Virus record (IMG/VR): IMGVR_UViG_3300033052_000037
Span: 1 to 40,002 of that record
Length of the DNA: 40,002 bases
Reading direction: 5' to 3' (one strand)
Source: a virus
Positions within the stretch are counted from its first letter, which is position 1. Each line of letters begins with the position of its first letter. Of the stretch, positions 24,312 through 33,554 are shown one piece after another. Under the pieces are notes generated by a model. The model was not told the origin of the DNA, made no database searches, and saw nothing but the letters and a program-made list of their open reading frames with translations. The position numbers were made by a program, and so were the translations under genes.

Positions 24312-25574
24312 TCAGGCTCCGGTGGTGTCGCCCTTGGCGGGGGCGCCTGTGGGGTCGGTTGTCATGTTGGTGGGGGTGAGTGGCTCGTCCAGACCCTCCA
24401 ATGGGTCGAGGTCGAGCTTGCTGCGGGCCTCGTTGCGCTCCATGATTCCGCCCAGCGTCAGGCGGTAGAGGAAGTCCGAGGTATCCTTCATCGCGCCACG
24501 TAGCAAGCCAGCCTCGACCAGCTTGGTGTAGTAGCCATCGGTGCGCTCAGCGTCGGTCAGCAGGTTGACGTCGGCACTCTGCTGGACCCGCTCGTACCAG
24601 GGCATGAGGGTATGGATCACGTGCGCCAGGAACATCTGCTCCGCGCTGGCGTAGGTGGCTGTCTTGTCAGCGTCGCCCAGCATGATGGGCATGACGCGCA
24701 TGAAGCGGCACACCTCGCGCAGCTGCTCGCGGCGTGTCTCCAGGTGCTGCGCGTCGACGCCACTCATGGCCTGCGAGATGAACTTGGCGTTGCGGTCCAG
24801 GATCATCACGCTGCCCTTGTTGGCAGCGGCAACTTGCTCTTTTTCGATCCAGTCCTTCAGGGCTTTGTACTTGTCGGCATCAAGCGTGCCCTCGACCGAA
24901 TAGATGCCGGATGGCTGCACGCCATTGGCATGCAGGCGCGCGTGCGATTCTTCGGTGGCGATCGCCAGACCGAGCGCCTCTCGCGCCAGGTTGAGCGTGT
25001 CCATGCCCATGAAGCCGTTGAGGCTTGGGCCACGCACGTGCCAGATCGCCTCCTGCGGGAACTCCTGCACGGTGCCAGAATCGCCGCGCACCTGGTAGGT
25101 GATGCTCCAGTCCTTGTGCTGCTTCGGTGTGACCCGGCCGGAATCGAGCGGGATCAGCTCGGCAATCCGGGCGTGGCCACCGATGGTGACCACGTTCTTG
25201 AACGCGTAGGCGTTGCCCATCGCCGCGTGGATGGCCATGGTCTCTCGAAACTCGAAGCTGGTCTGCCAGCCGTTCGGCTTGCGGTACAGCAGGTCATACA
25301 GCGGATGCTGCTTGGCCTGGAGAATTTTCGGGTGCCGAGACACATCCGAAGGCACTTCCCGCAGCAGCTTGAACGGCACCTGTGCCACGCCCTCGCTGAT
25401 GACGCGAATGCAGCCCAGGAATGCCGACACGCGGAAGGCGGTTTCCCGGTTGACAGTGGCACCGGCCTTCGACCGTCGGCCACCACCGCTGAGAATGGCC
25501 GACAGGATTGCCGGGTAGCCGTCCGAGCCATCTGAACTCTTGCGCTCCACGAGCGCGCGCGCAAACGCACCCAT
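24312..25574 (-). CDS. Portal protein, HK97 family
   Basis: Start at MGAFARAL (ATG 25574, TGATG overlap with the upstream gene). The longer ORF-track N-terminus is Arg/Pro-rich and non-coding in appearance. Confidence 0.8.
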   Translation of the reverse strand: MGAFARALVERKSSDGSDGYPAILSAILSGGGRRSKAGATVNRETAFRVSAFLGCIRVISEGVAQVPFKLLREVPSDVSRHPKILQAKQHPLYDLLYRKPNGWQTSFEFRETMAIHAAMGNAYAFKNVVTIGGHARIAELIPLDSGRVTPKQHKDWSITYQVRGDSGTVQEFPQEAIWHVRGPSLNGFMGMDTLNLAREALGLAIATEESHARLHANGVQPSGIYSVEGTLDADKYKALKDWIEKEQVAAANKGSVMILDRNAKFISQAMSGVDAQHLETRREQLREVCRFMRVMPIMLGDADKTATYASAEQMFLAHVIHTLMPWYERVQQSADVNLLTDAERTDGYYTKLVEAGLLRGAMKDTSDFLYRLTLGGIMERNEARSKLDLDPLEGLDEPLTPTNMTTDPTGAPAKGDTTGA

Positions 25575-25762
25575 CAGCGGCTCCCTTTCGCCAGCAGCCA
25601 GCCGGCTGCCAGCAGGAAGCCGCCAGCGAAGATCCAGCCGGCCGGCACGTAGACCAGACCCACGCCGTAGGACACAGCAAGGGCGCCAGCGATCATCAGC
25701 GCATCCGGGATCTGGGCCGCGATGCCACGCCCGAGGGCAGCAATGTGGTCGGTGAGTTTCAT
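25574..25762 (-). CDS. Small membrane protein between terminase and portal
   Basis: 62 aa with two hydrophobic segments. ATGA overlap with the TerL stop and TGATG overlap with the portal start. Confidence 0.5.
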   Translation of the reverse strand: MKLTDHIAALGRGIAAQIPDALMIAGALAVSYGVGLVYVPAGWIFAGGFLLAAGWLLAKGSR

Positions 25763-27462
25763 GTCGTTTCCCAGAAGGATTTCTCTTGCTGGCCACCGGC
25801 GATCCACCGCCCCAGTGCCATGATCGCGGCCACAGGGCCGTCGATCTTGTTCTCTTCCCGCTCTTTGCGCGGGTAGATGTTGTCCTTGGCGTCTCGGTGG
25901 CAGACCACGTTGGAGATCATCCAGGTCATCACCGGGTTGCCGTCGTGCGTGAGCTTGCGCTGCAGCACCAGGGCCTCCAGCTGCTTCATGGGCTCGCTCA
26001 TGTTCTGCACCGTCTGCCGGTACTCGACCATGGGCGCGCCCTCGTCCAGCAGATGGCTGGCCAGCTGAGTGGCCTGCCACGGGTCGTAGGGGATCTCCTT
26101 CATCTGCAGCGTGCGCACATCTGCACGAATGGCGTCTTCGATCTGGTCGTAGTCCGTCACCTCGCCGTCGGTCACCTTCAGGTGACCGGCCCGCCGCCAG
26201 CCGTCGTACTGGCTGTTGCGCCCCTGATCCACCGCCCGCTCGGGCAACCAGAAGGTGGGCAGCAGGTAGTAGTGGTCGGCTTCCTGGTCATGGTGGATGT
26301 TGACCTTGGCAGCCACGTCCACCTTGCTGGCCAAATCCAGCGCGCTGATGACGGGCAGGTGCGCCACCTTGTCGGCATCGAGCGTGCGATCGGCGCAGCG
26401 GTCCCAGGCCTGCATGTCCATCCAGGCGCTGTCGGCGTTGACCCAGACATTGAGGCGCTTGGTCAGGAAATTGGCCTGCGCGCTTGGTGTGGAAAGCGCC
26501 CGCTTGCAGGCGGCCTCCATGTCGTCCACCTTGACGCTGATGCCCAGATTGGGGTTGGCCTTGCGCCAGACCGCCGGGTCGTGCCAGAGGTCGCCCTCGT
26601 CGATGGTGTAGATGATGCCGAACCAGGTCTCGTCCTGGATCACGCCCTCCAGCACCTTGATGGTGTAGTCGCGCAGCTCGTAGCAGATGCCGCTCCGGTC
26701 GCTGCCGGCCGTGGTGATGGCGCTGAGCAGCGGTTGGCTGCGCGCGCCCGTGGCCGAGTCCAGCACGTCCCACAGATCGCGGCGCTTGTGCGCGTGCAGC
26801 TCGTCAACCACGCACCCGTGCACGTTCAGGCCGTCCAGCGTCGAGCCTTCCGCGTTCAGCGGCTTGAAGCTGCTGGCCGTGTCGGGGATGGTGATGTCAT
26901 GCTTGCCGACCGTCACCCCGAAGCGGGCCAGGAACTCGCTCTCGCGCAGCGCCATGTTGCGCGCCACGTCGAAGACCTCGCGCGCCTGCTCGCCGGTGGT
27001 GGCCGCGCTGTAGCAGTGGGCGCCAGGTTCCTTGTCGGCAGTCAGCAGAAAGAGCTGACGGCCAGCCGCGCGGGTGCTCTTTGCATTTTTTCGCGCCACC
27101 TCCTCGTAGCTGCGGCGGAATCGCCGCAGCCCGGTCTCGCGGTGCACCCAGGCGAAGAGCTGGAACTCATTGAAGACCTGCCAGTCCTCCAGGACGAGCT
27201 TGGCGTACTGGATACGGCCCTCGATGTAGACCGGCTTGGCCCACTCACCCTTGATGTGCGGCAGCAGCTCCAGGAAGCGACACGCCCGGCTCCCCTTGTG
27301 CTCGTCAATGACGTAGGGCAACCCGTCTGTATCTTGCCGCTCCAGGTCGCGCAGGAAACGTTGGCAGGCCAGTCGCTCGTAGCGGCCGGCGGCCTCCTGG
27401 CCATCCACCACGCGCCTGGCGTATGCCTGCGCCCGCGCGAAGTAGGTGTCCTTGGTCATCAC
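25759..27462 (-). CDS. terL: Terminase large subunit
   Basis: 567 aa. ATPase and nuclease regions are typical of Terminase_1-type TerL (by eye). Confidence 0.85.
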   Translation of the reverse strand: MMTKDTYFARAQAYARRVVDGQEAAGRYERLACQRFLRDLERQDTDGLPYVIDEHKGSRACRFLELLPHIKGEWAKPVYIEGRIQYAKLVLEDWQVFNEFQLFAWVHRETGLRRFRRSYEEVARKNAKSTRAAGRQLFLLTADKEPGAHCYSAATTGEQAREVFDVARNMALRESEFLARFGVTVGKHDITIPDTASSFKPLNAEGSTLDGLNVHGCVVDELHAHKRRDLWDVLDSATGARSQPLLSAITTAGSDRSGICYELRDYTIKVLEGVIQDETWFGIIYTIDEGDLWHDPAVWRKANPNLGISVKVDDMEAACKRALSTPSAQANFLTKRLNVWVNADSAWMDMQAWDRCADRTLDADKVAHLPVISALDLASKVDVAAKVNIHHDQEADHYYLLPTFWLPERAVDQGRNSQYDGWRRAGHLKVTDGEVTDYDQIEDAIRADVRTLQMKEIPYDPWQATQLASHLLDEGAPMVEYRQTVQNMSEPMKQLEALVLQRKLTHDGNPVMTWMISNVVCHRDAKDNIYPRKEREENKIDGPVAAIMALGRWIAGGQQEKSFWETT

Positions 27463-28001
27463 TCAAATCCTGCAAACCCCGCAGCGGGTTGGGCCGGCTT
27501 GCCGTCGCCGCCGCCCTCGAAGAGCTGCAGTTGCGCGCGGATTGCCGTTGTCACCCGCGCCCGTTGCGCAGGCGTCAGTCCGAACTCGGCCAGGTAGCCA
27601 GCCAGCTTGGCCTGCTCTTTGTTGAGTACCTGGTAAAGCGCCGACTGGACCATCAGGCCGTTGGGCGTCTTGTCCATGAAGGCGCCGGCGGGATCTTGCT
27701 TGCTCTCGATCAGCACCTTCATGCGCCCCGCCATCGAGCGCTCGATGATCTCCAGTCGACCGATCGTCTGGCACAGGTTGGCGAACGCATCGCGGTCCAC
27801 CTTGCTCAGCAGGTTGTAGTAGATCAACTCGACGCTCAGGCGCTTCCAGGCTTTCTTCGCTTCCTTGGTCAGCCAGGCCGGCGCGTCGGGCAGTCCGACC
27901 TCAGGCCGGAAGGTCTGGTCCAGATTCACAGGCCGGTGACCGCGCCCGCCTTCGAGCACCTTCAGCTCCGCAGGTTTCGGTGCTGGTCCTCGTTGTCCCA
28001 T
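27459..28001 (-). CDS. terS: Terminase small subunit (P27 family-like)
   Basis: The N-terminus MGQRGPAPKPAELKVLEGG is characteristic of the P27 family. Confidence 0.75.
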   Translation of the reverse strand: MGQRGPAPKPAELKVLEGGRGHRPVNLDQTFRPEVGLPDAPAWLTKEAKKAWKRLSVELIYYNLLSKVDRDAFANLCQTIGRLEIIERSMAGRMKVLIESKQDPAGAFMDKTPNGLMVQSALYQVLNKEQAKLAGYLAEFGLTPAQRARVTTAIRAQLQLFEGGGDGKPAQPAAGFAGFE

Positions 28002-28098
28002 GATCTCCTCCTACCCCCCCCACCCTCGAAACCCGCGCGCGCAAAAATTTGACTTAGCGGTCGGTCTAGAGGCAAAGGTCCCAAAGTTCTGATGCCCC

Positions 28099-28479
28099 CT
28101 ACCCCCGCGCGGATCGCTGGGCGAATCCACTGTCTTCGGTGGCGGTCTTGCGGTCGTGGCAGGGCTTGCACAGCGACTGCCAGTTGTTGCGATCCCAGAA
28201 GAGGGTCTTGTCGCCCTTATGCGGGACGATGTGGTCAACCACGCAGGCCGGCTCTACTCGGCCCTGCCGCTCATGCTCAGCGCAGAGTGGATGGGCTCGC
28301 AGGAAATGCTGCCGCGCCCGCTGCCATGCGTAGGTGTAGCCGCGCTCATTGGCAGATCCACGCTGCCGATCGAGCTGCTTTGCCTCGACGCGCTTGTGTT
28401 TCTCACAGCGGCCAGATCCATCACGCACGAGGGCGCCGCAGCCCGGGTAGGTACACGGACGAGGCGCTGCGGTGGGCAT
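28099..28479 (-). CDS. HNH endonuclease (terminase-associated)
   Basis: Cys-rich N-terminus and VDHIVPHKGD...NWQSLCKPCHDRKT. Confidence 0.85.
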   Translation of the reverse strand: MPTAAPRPCTYPGCGALVRDGSGRCEKHKRVEAKQLDRQRGSANERGYTYAWQRARQHFLRAHPLCAEHERQGRVEPACVVDHIVPHKGDKTLFWDRNNWQSLCKPCHDRKTATEDSGFAQRSARG

Positions 28480-28490
28480 GATGGAACCTG

Positions 28491-28526
28491 TAAAAGAAAA
28501 CCCCGACGAGCTTGCACTGGCCGGGG
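28491..28526 (-). terminator. Intrinsic terminator in the late leader (stem with GCAA tetraloop, then UUUUCUUUU)
   Basis: The minus-strand RNA CCCCGGCCAGUGCAAGCUCGUCGGGG folds into 7 bp plus 3 bp with one mismatch. Confidence 0.65.
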
Positions 28527-28574
28527 TGGAGTGCTGGTAGGTCGGTGCGGTGACACTTCCTGCACTTTGCGGGA

Positions 28575-28602
28575 AATGTACAGGAAAAGTCTAAGGTGTA
28601 AA
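28575..28602 (-). promoter_or_regulatory. Candidate late promoter TTTACA-16 nt-TACATT
   Basis: It overlaps the last codons of the Q-like gene and lies about 75 nt upstream of the terminator. Confidence 0.45.
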
Positions 28603-29004
28603 ACCCCCTGATCGCTCTTTCATCGCAGCTCGTGCACGCTCCCGAACGTCCACCTGCAGCCGGAACCATTCGGCCAGCGCATGGTCTGCCTGGTCGAGCT
28701 GCGCCTTGATGGTGGACTCGGCCCGGTGCATCTTGCGCGCCACCTCGCGGATCGGCGTGTTCTTCAGGTACACCAGCTCAAGCGTGCGGTACAGGTGACC
28801 CTTGCCCAGCTTCAGGGACTCGACGGCCCGGTTGGTCTCCTCGGCCTCGGTCTCAAGGATGGGGATGGCCGACTCCCGGCTGCCGCCGGAGGGGATGGCC
28901 AGCAGGATGGAGCTGGAGGCATAGCCCAGACCCAGGCTGTCAGCCTTGACCCGCCAGCTCGCCCAGTTGTCGAGCCGCCGCTTTACCCAGTCAATTCGCG
29001 CCAT
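28591..29004 (-). CDS. Q-like late-gene antiterminator / regulator (HTH at the C-terminus)
   Basis: N-terminal W..W pattern and a C-terminal region LYRTLELVYLKNTPIREVARKMHRAESTIKAQLDQADHAL. Both resemble the Phage_antitermQ family or sigma region 4. Position is immediately before the late operon. Confidence 0.5.
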   Translation of the reverse strand: MARIDWVKRRLDNWASWRVKADSLGLGYASSSILLAIPSGGSRESAIPILETEAEETNRAVESLKLGKGHLYRTLELVYLKNTPIREVARKMHRAESTIKAQLDQADHALAEWFRLQVDVRERARAAMKERSGGFTP

Positions 29005-29317
29005 TGGTGCCGCCTTCCTTATTCACACCAAAAATGCACACGTATGCACAACCCCACCGCGCCATGGCCGTGGCCACGTCCGCCTCGATGTCGGGCAGGC
29101 TGAAGGGCGCGCCCTTGACCCAGCCGCGCTCCATGGCCCAGAAGCGATTGGGCTCGCCGCGAAGGCCCTTGCGCACCAACTCATAGGCCACGTTGCCAAT
29201 TTCACCCGCCTTGGCCTTGATTGCCTGGTAGGTCTCGGGCATGTGCGCCTTGATCTCGGCGATGTGCTGCTGCACTTCCTCGTCGCTGACTGTCCTGGTG
29301 TCCATACTGTCCATCAC
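28991..29317 (-). CDS. Hypothetical protein
   Basis: 108-aa ORF starting at GTG 29317 or ATG 29314. Confidence 0.5.
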   Translation of the reverse strand: MMDSMDTRTVSDEEVQQHIAEIKAHMPETYQAIKAKAGEIGNVAYELVRKGLRGEPNRFWAMERGWVKGAPFSLPDIEADVATAMARWGCAYVCIFGVNKEGGTNGAN

Positions 29318-29630
29318 TTCCTATAGAGAGAATCACAGGGGAACCCGCCCTCGTGCGCGAGCGTGCATGCACGCACCTGCACACGCCCGCCACATGTATT
29401 GGTGTGTCACGGCGGGCAATGCAGCGGCTTCAACCCCAAGAAACAGGGAAGAAGGCATACACCATGGTCTCCATGGAAACCGCTGGCCACCGTGGACACT
29501 TGAACACTCCTACGTCATAGGCCCGTGCGCAGACCTTCCCGCCACAGCAGCGCACCGGGTGCCGCGAATCGCGCCTCCCGCAGCCGGTGCATTGCTGGGC
29601 GTATCGAACGCCCCGACCATCGCCTGGTGG

Positions 29631-32300
29631 TCAGAATGGGGCATCGTCTGCGCTTCCGTTCTCGGTTGATGAACTCGCTGCACCAGACGGTGCGGCGGCC
29701 GGTTTCTCTTCGTCTTCCAGCTGGCGGCTGGGCCAATCACGCGGGCGCTGGTATCCCCAGGCACGCACCCCATTCACCTGCCGCTTGACGCGCTCCCAAC
29801 CCTCTTGCTTGAACCAGGCACGCACCTGGCTCTCCAGCACCGTGCTGCTCTTGGCTGCGTCCACCCCCAGGGCCAGCGTCACCTGTGCCAGCGTGACGAA
29901 CTCGGTCAGGTCGTTCACCACAGCGCCCATGCCTGTTGGCGCCGGCGGCCTGGTGAAGATGTGCTGCATCTCGCTCAGCACCGCAGTCTCCACCACACGG
30001 CTGTCCTGCATGGGAACGTAGAGCCGGGCCTCATCTTCAGGCGTGGGCGCGTAGGCCGCGCCCTCGTGCCAGGCCGCGTAGGCCTCAGCGAACAGCTGGT
30101 CACGGTTTCGCAGCAGCCAGTCGAGCCGGATGCGCTGGCGCACAGGAATGGGCCACCAGCGCCGGTTACCCGTCCGGTCCCGTAGGTAGGCGTCCTCGTT
30201 CGTGGTGCCCACCATCACGCACTGGCGCGGGAAGGATTCAACCGTGCGGCCGTAGCTCGGGCGGTAGCGGTCGATCATCATGCTGATGAAGGCCTTGATC
30301 AGGTTGACCTCAGCCTTGCCCAAGTTGGCCAGTTCGGCCAACTCGTAAAGCCAGACGCCCTGCACCTGCTCCTGGCCTTCCTTGCCGCGGGTCAGGTCGA
30401 AGTGCGCGTCGCTGAAGAACGGCGCGCTGGCCAGCGCCCGGGCCAGCGTGCTCTTACCCAGACCACCTGGCCCTTCCAGCACCGGGCAATAGTCGAACTT
30501 GCAGCCCGGCTCCATGACCCGGGCCACCATGGCAATCAGCCAGAAACGCCCCACCTGGGTGAGGTACTCGAAGATCCGCTTGGCTTCACCTTTGCCCTTG
30601 TATGACTCAGCCAGGCTTTCGGGGGACTCGCCGATCACATGCACCAGCCACTTGTCCAGCCGGCGCTTGCCGTCCCATGCCTGCGCCTGCAGGTACTCGC
30701 GCACCGGGTGGAATGGGCGCGTGTGCGCCACCGTCTCGATCGCCTCGATCAGCGCCGCACGCGGAATGCTGGGCAGCCCGTAGGTCTGCGAGAGATACAG
30801 GCCCAGCATCAGATCCGTCGAGCCCTTCAGCGGCCCCGCCTTGCCGTGGGGCCAGGGCCAATCAAGCCGGGCCTCGATGTTGCTGCTCAGCTCGTTCAGG
30901 CCCAGCACATCACGCAACAGCGGATCGCGCTCCAGCGCCGTGATGACCAGCTTGCGCGAGGTCAGCCAGCGCTCTTTGTTGGCATCCCAGTAGTAAGACA
31001 GCCACCGCGGCACCTTGCGCCCGCCGCACACCGCCAGATCTTCATCACCGGGAGGATCAGCGCCTTCAGTGTCAACGGGGCCGTCGATTTTTTTTCCACC
31101 GCCCGAGCCACCCGCTGCCGCTGTAGGCCCGGATGAATCGGCGTCCGCAGGCAAGGGCTGCGCCCGACCAAAGAACCCCAGCACGCGCTCGAAGTCCCAC
31201 CCATCGCGGGTGATCGCATCGCCGCAGTCCCAGCCATCGTCAACCTCGCCGGGCTTGAGGATTGGAAGCAGCTGCACAGTGCATGCGTGCTCGTTGCGCA
31301 GCATGGCACCAATACCCACCATCGCAGCCATGCCGGGTTGCTTGCCCTCAGGCAGCAGTGGCTTGGCCTGTTCAGCCACCGCCCGCGCCATGTCATCCGC
31401 ACAGGCATCACGCTCGGCCTTCGTCAGCGCTACGCGCTTGGCATCGCAGTCTGGCCAGAGCATTACAGTGCGACCAGCCAACAGAGACCAGTCAGCCTTC
31501 TTCCAGGCCTTGCTGCCACCGGGCCAGCTCACCACGCAGTAAGTGCCAGGGGCGCCGGCATCAAGCAGGGCCTGCAGCGCGTCGCCCTTCTTCTCGCCCT
31601 CCACCAGCACCACCGTGCGCCCGCCCGGCAGTGCATGGCCAGGCAGGTACAGCGGGCGCGGCTCGTCAAACTGCTTCCAGTGCCACTTGCTGGCGCCATC
31701 TCGCGTGCTGGTGCACCAGGTGCGCGGCAAGGTGTCCTTGCCCCCATCGCTGGTGCGGAAGCGCACCACGTAGCCCATCAGATCCGCGCCGTGCCGATAC
31801 TCGGCCACGTGCTCGATGTCTGATTCAGCGCGGTGCTGGTGCTTGAAGTTCACCGCCGGCGCGTTCGCCGGCACGGGGCGCACAGTGCGCCAGCCCTCGT
31901 CACTGGCGGGCTTCTTGGCGGCCGGCGGCGCCGGCCTGGGTGACGGCGGCGTGTGCTCGCCGTCGCGCGTCACCCCGGCAATGTCTTCCAGGCCGTAGTC
32001 ACGCGCCACCTGCACCGCAGCCTTGCCCATCTGGTCTGTCAACCCATGGATCGCCGCGTACAGGCTCACCAGATCAGGTCCGCCCTCACCGTTGTTGAAG
32101 TCCTTCCAGACACCCTTCTTCAGGTTCACGCTGCAGCTGCGGCCTTTTCCGCCACCGAGGTCAGCACAGGCGTATTCATGGCTGCCCGGCAGCTTGGCCC
32201 CACCAGGCAGCCAGCTGGCCAGCAGCGACTCGCCCATAGCCAGCAGCGCATCGTTCAGTTCCTCGAACTTGATCGGCGGCAGCTGATTCCTCTGCGTCAT
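29631..32300 (-). CDS. Bifunctional primase / helicase (P4-alpha / VirE-D5-like)
   Basis: 889 aa. N-terminal primase-like region. Walker A EGPGGLGKST in the C-terminal helicase part. Confidence 0.8.
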   Translation of the reverse strand: MTQRNQLPPIKFEELNDALLAMGESLLASWLPGGAKLPGSHEYACADLGGGKGRSCSVNLKKGVWKDFNNGEGGPDLVSLYAAIHGLTDQMGKAAVQVARDYGLEDIAGVTRDGEHTPPSPRPAPPAAKKPASDEGWRTVRPVPANAPAVNFKHQHRAESDIEHVAEYRHGADLMGYVVRFRTSDGGKDTLPRTWCTSTRDGASKWHWKQFDEPRPLYLPGHALPGGRTVVLVEGEKKGDALQALLDAGAPGTYCVVSWPGGSKAWKKADWSLLAGRTVMLWPDCDAKRVALTKAERDACADDMARAVAEQAKPLLPEGKQPGMAAMVGIGAMLRNEHACTVQLLPILKPGEVDDGWDCGDAITRDGWDFERVLGFFGRAQPLPADADSSGPTAAAGGSGGGKKIDGPVDTEGADPPGDEDLAVCGGRKVPRWLSYYWDANKERWLTSRKLVITALERDPLLRDVLGLNELSSNIEARLDWPWPHGKAGPLKGSTDLMLGLYLSQTYGLPSIPRAALIEAIETVAHTRPFHPVREYLQAQAWDGKRRLDKWLVHVIGESPESLAESYKGKGEAKRIFEYLTQVGRFWLIAMVARVMEPGCKFDYCPVLEGPGGLGKSTLARALASAPFFSDAHFDLTRGKEGQEQVQGVWLYELAELANLGKAEVNLIKAFISMMIDRYRPSYGRTVESFPRQCVMVGTTNEDAYLRDRTGNRRWWPIPVRQRIRLDWLLRNRDQLFAEAYAAWHEGAAYAPTPEDEARLYVPMQDSRVVETAVLSEMQHIFTRPPAPTGMGAVVNDLTEFVTLAQVTLALGVDAAKSSTVLESQVRAWFKQEGWERVKRQVNGVRAWGYQRPRDWPSRQLEDEEKPAAAPSGAASSSTENGSADDAPF

Positions 32301-32548
32301 GGGTTATCCCATCTGCCGTCCGGCCTGGGGTTATCGCCCTCTCGCAATACCCGGCAGTGCCATCCAGCTTGACGCAACTCCACCGCTTCCTGCAATGCCC
32401 AGGAAAGAGGTTTTGGTGGCGTGTTCCACCACCAGTCCGGCAGACCATCGCCGAAATTCAGATCGATCCAGACCTGATACAGGTCTGGTCGGGGGACACT
32501 AAACCAAGCCGGCGTCCGCACCGCCAGCGGCTTGAGAGTTGATTGCAA
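32297..32548 (-). CDS. Hypothetical Trp-rich protein
   Basis: 83-aa ORF, overlap-coupled to the primase gene. Confidence 0.5.
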   Translation of the reverse strand: MQSTLKPLAVRTPAWFSVPRPDLYQVWIDLNFGDGLPDWWWNTPPKPLSWALQEAVELRQAGWHCRVLREGDNPRPDGRWDNP

Positions 32549-32560
32549 GCCTGCTCCTCG

Positions 32561-32890
32561 TTATCGTGCCCAGCCGCCTACGATGCGGCCCAGATCCACC
32601 CACCCCGCGCCGTGCCGGCTGTCGGGGTCTAGCGGGGCAGAGACGGGCTCGTACTCCGCCACTGGTTTGTTTCGGTAGTCCACCTGGCGCTCACGTGGCT
32701 GGCCATGCACATCGCACGCTCGGCGCAACTTGCCTGCGCGCGTCAGGTTCTTCACGGTCGTGAGCGCCGCTGCCTCCCCCACCTGCGCTTTGTGCGCAAG
32801 CTCACGCAGCGTGGGGGCACGCTCTGGCGTTGCCAGTTCAGAGGCTGCCCACAGCAGTGCCCGGGAGATCTCACCGGCGGGCCGCATCAC
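32561..32890 (-). CDS. Hypothetical winged-helix-like protein
   Basis: 109-aa ORF containing TLRELAHKAQVGEAAALTTVKNLTRAGKL. Confidence 0.45.
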   Translation of the reverse strand: MMRPAGEISRALLWAASELATPERAPTLRELAHKAQVGEAAALTTVKNLTRAGKLRRACDVHGQPRERQVDYRNKPVAEYEPVSAPLDPDSRHGAGWVDLGRIVGGWAR

Positions 32891-33348
32891 ACACCCGCCT
32901 TCGGCTTGCTGGCGGCGTGCTTCGCCTCCACGTACTCGCAGGCTCGCTGAACCGCAGCCATCAGCTCACCGGCCTCGCGCATGAAGTCATCGCGCTCATT
33001 GAGGCTTACCCGGCCATCGCCCAGCGCCTGGCCGAACTTCGTTGCCACATCAGACAGCTCTTTCACCATCCGGGTGACATGCTCAACAGCATCCTCGTGA
33101 AGGTCATCCGGTATCAGCGGGATGAAGATCCCGTGGAATCCGCACTCGCGGGTGAATGCCTGCAGGATGCGAACGTCGCCCGTCAGCCTCACCAGGCGGG
33201 CAGCTGTACGCGCCCCCAGCTTCGCTCCGTGCGTCCCGCTCGCCTCGTGGCTGAGCGTCGACGCTCCCATTGGCACCCTGGTGGCCAGTGCGGATGCTCC
33301 GCCGGGGTAGTCATCGACCGTTGCCGTTGCTGCGTCCGTGATGTTCAT
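32887..33348 (-). CDS. CII-like regulatory protein (tentative)
   Basis: 153 aa with a strong GAGGAGG RBS. Assigned from its position after the cro-like gene. Family call is by eye only. Confidence 0.4.
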   Translation of the reverse strand: MNITDAATATVDDYPGGASALATRVPMGASTLSHEASGTHGAKLGARTAARLVRLTGDVRILQAFTRECGFHGIFIPLIPDDLHEDAVEHVTRMVKELSDVATKFGQALGDGRVSLNERDDFMREAGELMAAVQRACEYVEAKHAASKPKAGV

Positions 33349-33554
33349 AACAGCCGGGCCTCCTCGTTGTTAATGACAGTTGATTCATGGCCGGCAACAC
33401 TGCCGCCATGAACAAGAGAAAAGCCACCCGCCGCCCCAGCGCACCGAAAACCGCGCACCTGCCCGCGCGCGGCCAGTTCAGGGAGTCGGAGCGAAACAGC
33501 GTGCCGGACTTGACGGCGGCGGGTGGTGCAAAGGGTTGCAGGTGGCGCATGGGG

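Noticed and set aside
25575-25796. N-terminal 74 aa of ORF-track portal ORF 24312..25796
   Set aside because: This part is Arg/Pro/Cys-rich and overlaps the small membrane-protein gene. The portal-like sequence begins at Met 25574.
25786-27597. 603-aa plus-strand ORF
   Set aside because: It is antisense to the terminase large subunit gene.
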